DNA of 64,000 nucleotides from positions 1-64,000 of the forward strand of contig NW_027366690.1 in NCBI RefSeq assembly GCF_046119375.1. Reading direction: 5' to 3'. The position numbers and the translations under genes were made by a program. The DNA is from Phyllobates terribilis. Lineage: Eukaryota. The notes below the pieces were generated by a model, which searched no databases, had not been told where the DNA came from, and saw nothing but the letters and a program-made list of their open reading frames with translations. This document shows positions 63,583 to 64,000 of this stretch, one piece after another (the first letter of the stretch is position 1; each line of letters begins with the position of its first letter).

Positions 63583-64000
63583 CTAGAAAACCCAGCTTGG
63601 CAATGCGGTCAGCACCGGATTAATTTCCCGGAAGATATGCGAAAACCTGAAAGCAGGACAAGTCAATAAATTAACACAAATATCATTAATGATTTGGTTA
63701 ATCTCCCAGGGACAGCACCAAATTCCATTCAAAACGTTAATCAGGCATAAGTTATCCCCTTCAATTTCCACGATTGAAAGGTTCAAATCTTTAACACATT
63801 TTGTTGCAAGCCTTAAGGCACATGCCTCAGCTTGTAAAGCCGATAAATTGTTCCCACTTGCCTTTTCCATAGCAAGGACTTTTCCACAGGAGTCCCTAAT
63901 TACAAAACCCATCCCTACATTTCCATTTATGTCTACTGCTCCGTCAAAATTCACTTTAAAAATATTCCAACTTGGTTTAACCCAATGGATCTTTTTCATC
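63583..64000 (-). mobile_element. LINE (L1-type) ORF2 C-terminal RNase H domain, truncated by the window end
   Basis: W.KP...FKVNFDGA, GFVIRD..G, AEACAL, IEGDNL, HIFRE.N; a 1-nt shift restores GADRIAKLG. Confidence 0.8.

Overview
Plant (angiosperm, probably eudicot) nuclear DNA. A compact gene island at about 23.2-45.9 kb lies between two retrotransposon-rich blocks. The genes in order are: an intronless kinase-pseudokinase RLK S.2 (+), CML22-like EF-hand protein (-), a MYB-CC/PHR1-like factor (-), an NDUFAF7-type arginine methyltransferase (+, 14 exons), a FAMA-like bHLH (-), proteasome RPN2 (-, 11 exons), cytochrome b5 (+) and a probable secreted glycine-rich protein remnant (+). The left block holds a Tekay gypsy nested in an Athila LTR nested in a decayed SIRE copia, a full-length env-less SIRE (11291-18768) and a composite Helitron. 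The right block holds Retand and Athila fragments, an Ogre element split by a full-length env-bearing SIRE with a perfect GGCTC TSD (49693-60629), and a LINE RNase H fragment. The most notable points are a FAMA-like protein whose RBR-binding LxCxE motif reads LQSLE, a strongly diverged RPN2 with two apparent frameshifts, a duplicated N-terminal motif in the kinase, and an intron whose start encodes a synonymous copy of the next exon's peptide. Many frameshifts are single-base shortfalls in short homopolymers, so assembly error must be excluded before calling pseudogenes. Exon boundaries and LTR difference counts were done by eye. Arabidopsis comparisons are from memory and no search was run. 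No rRNA, tRNA or CRISPR features were seen.
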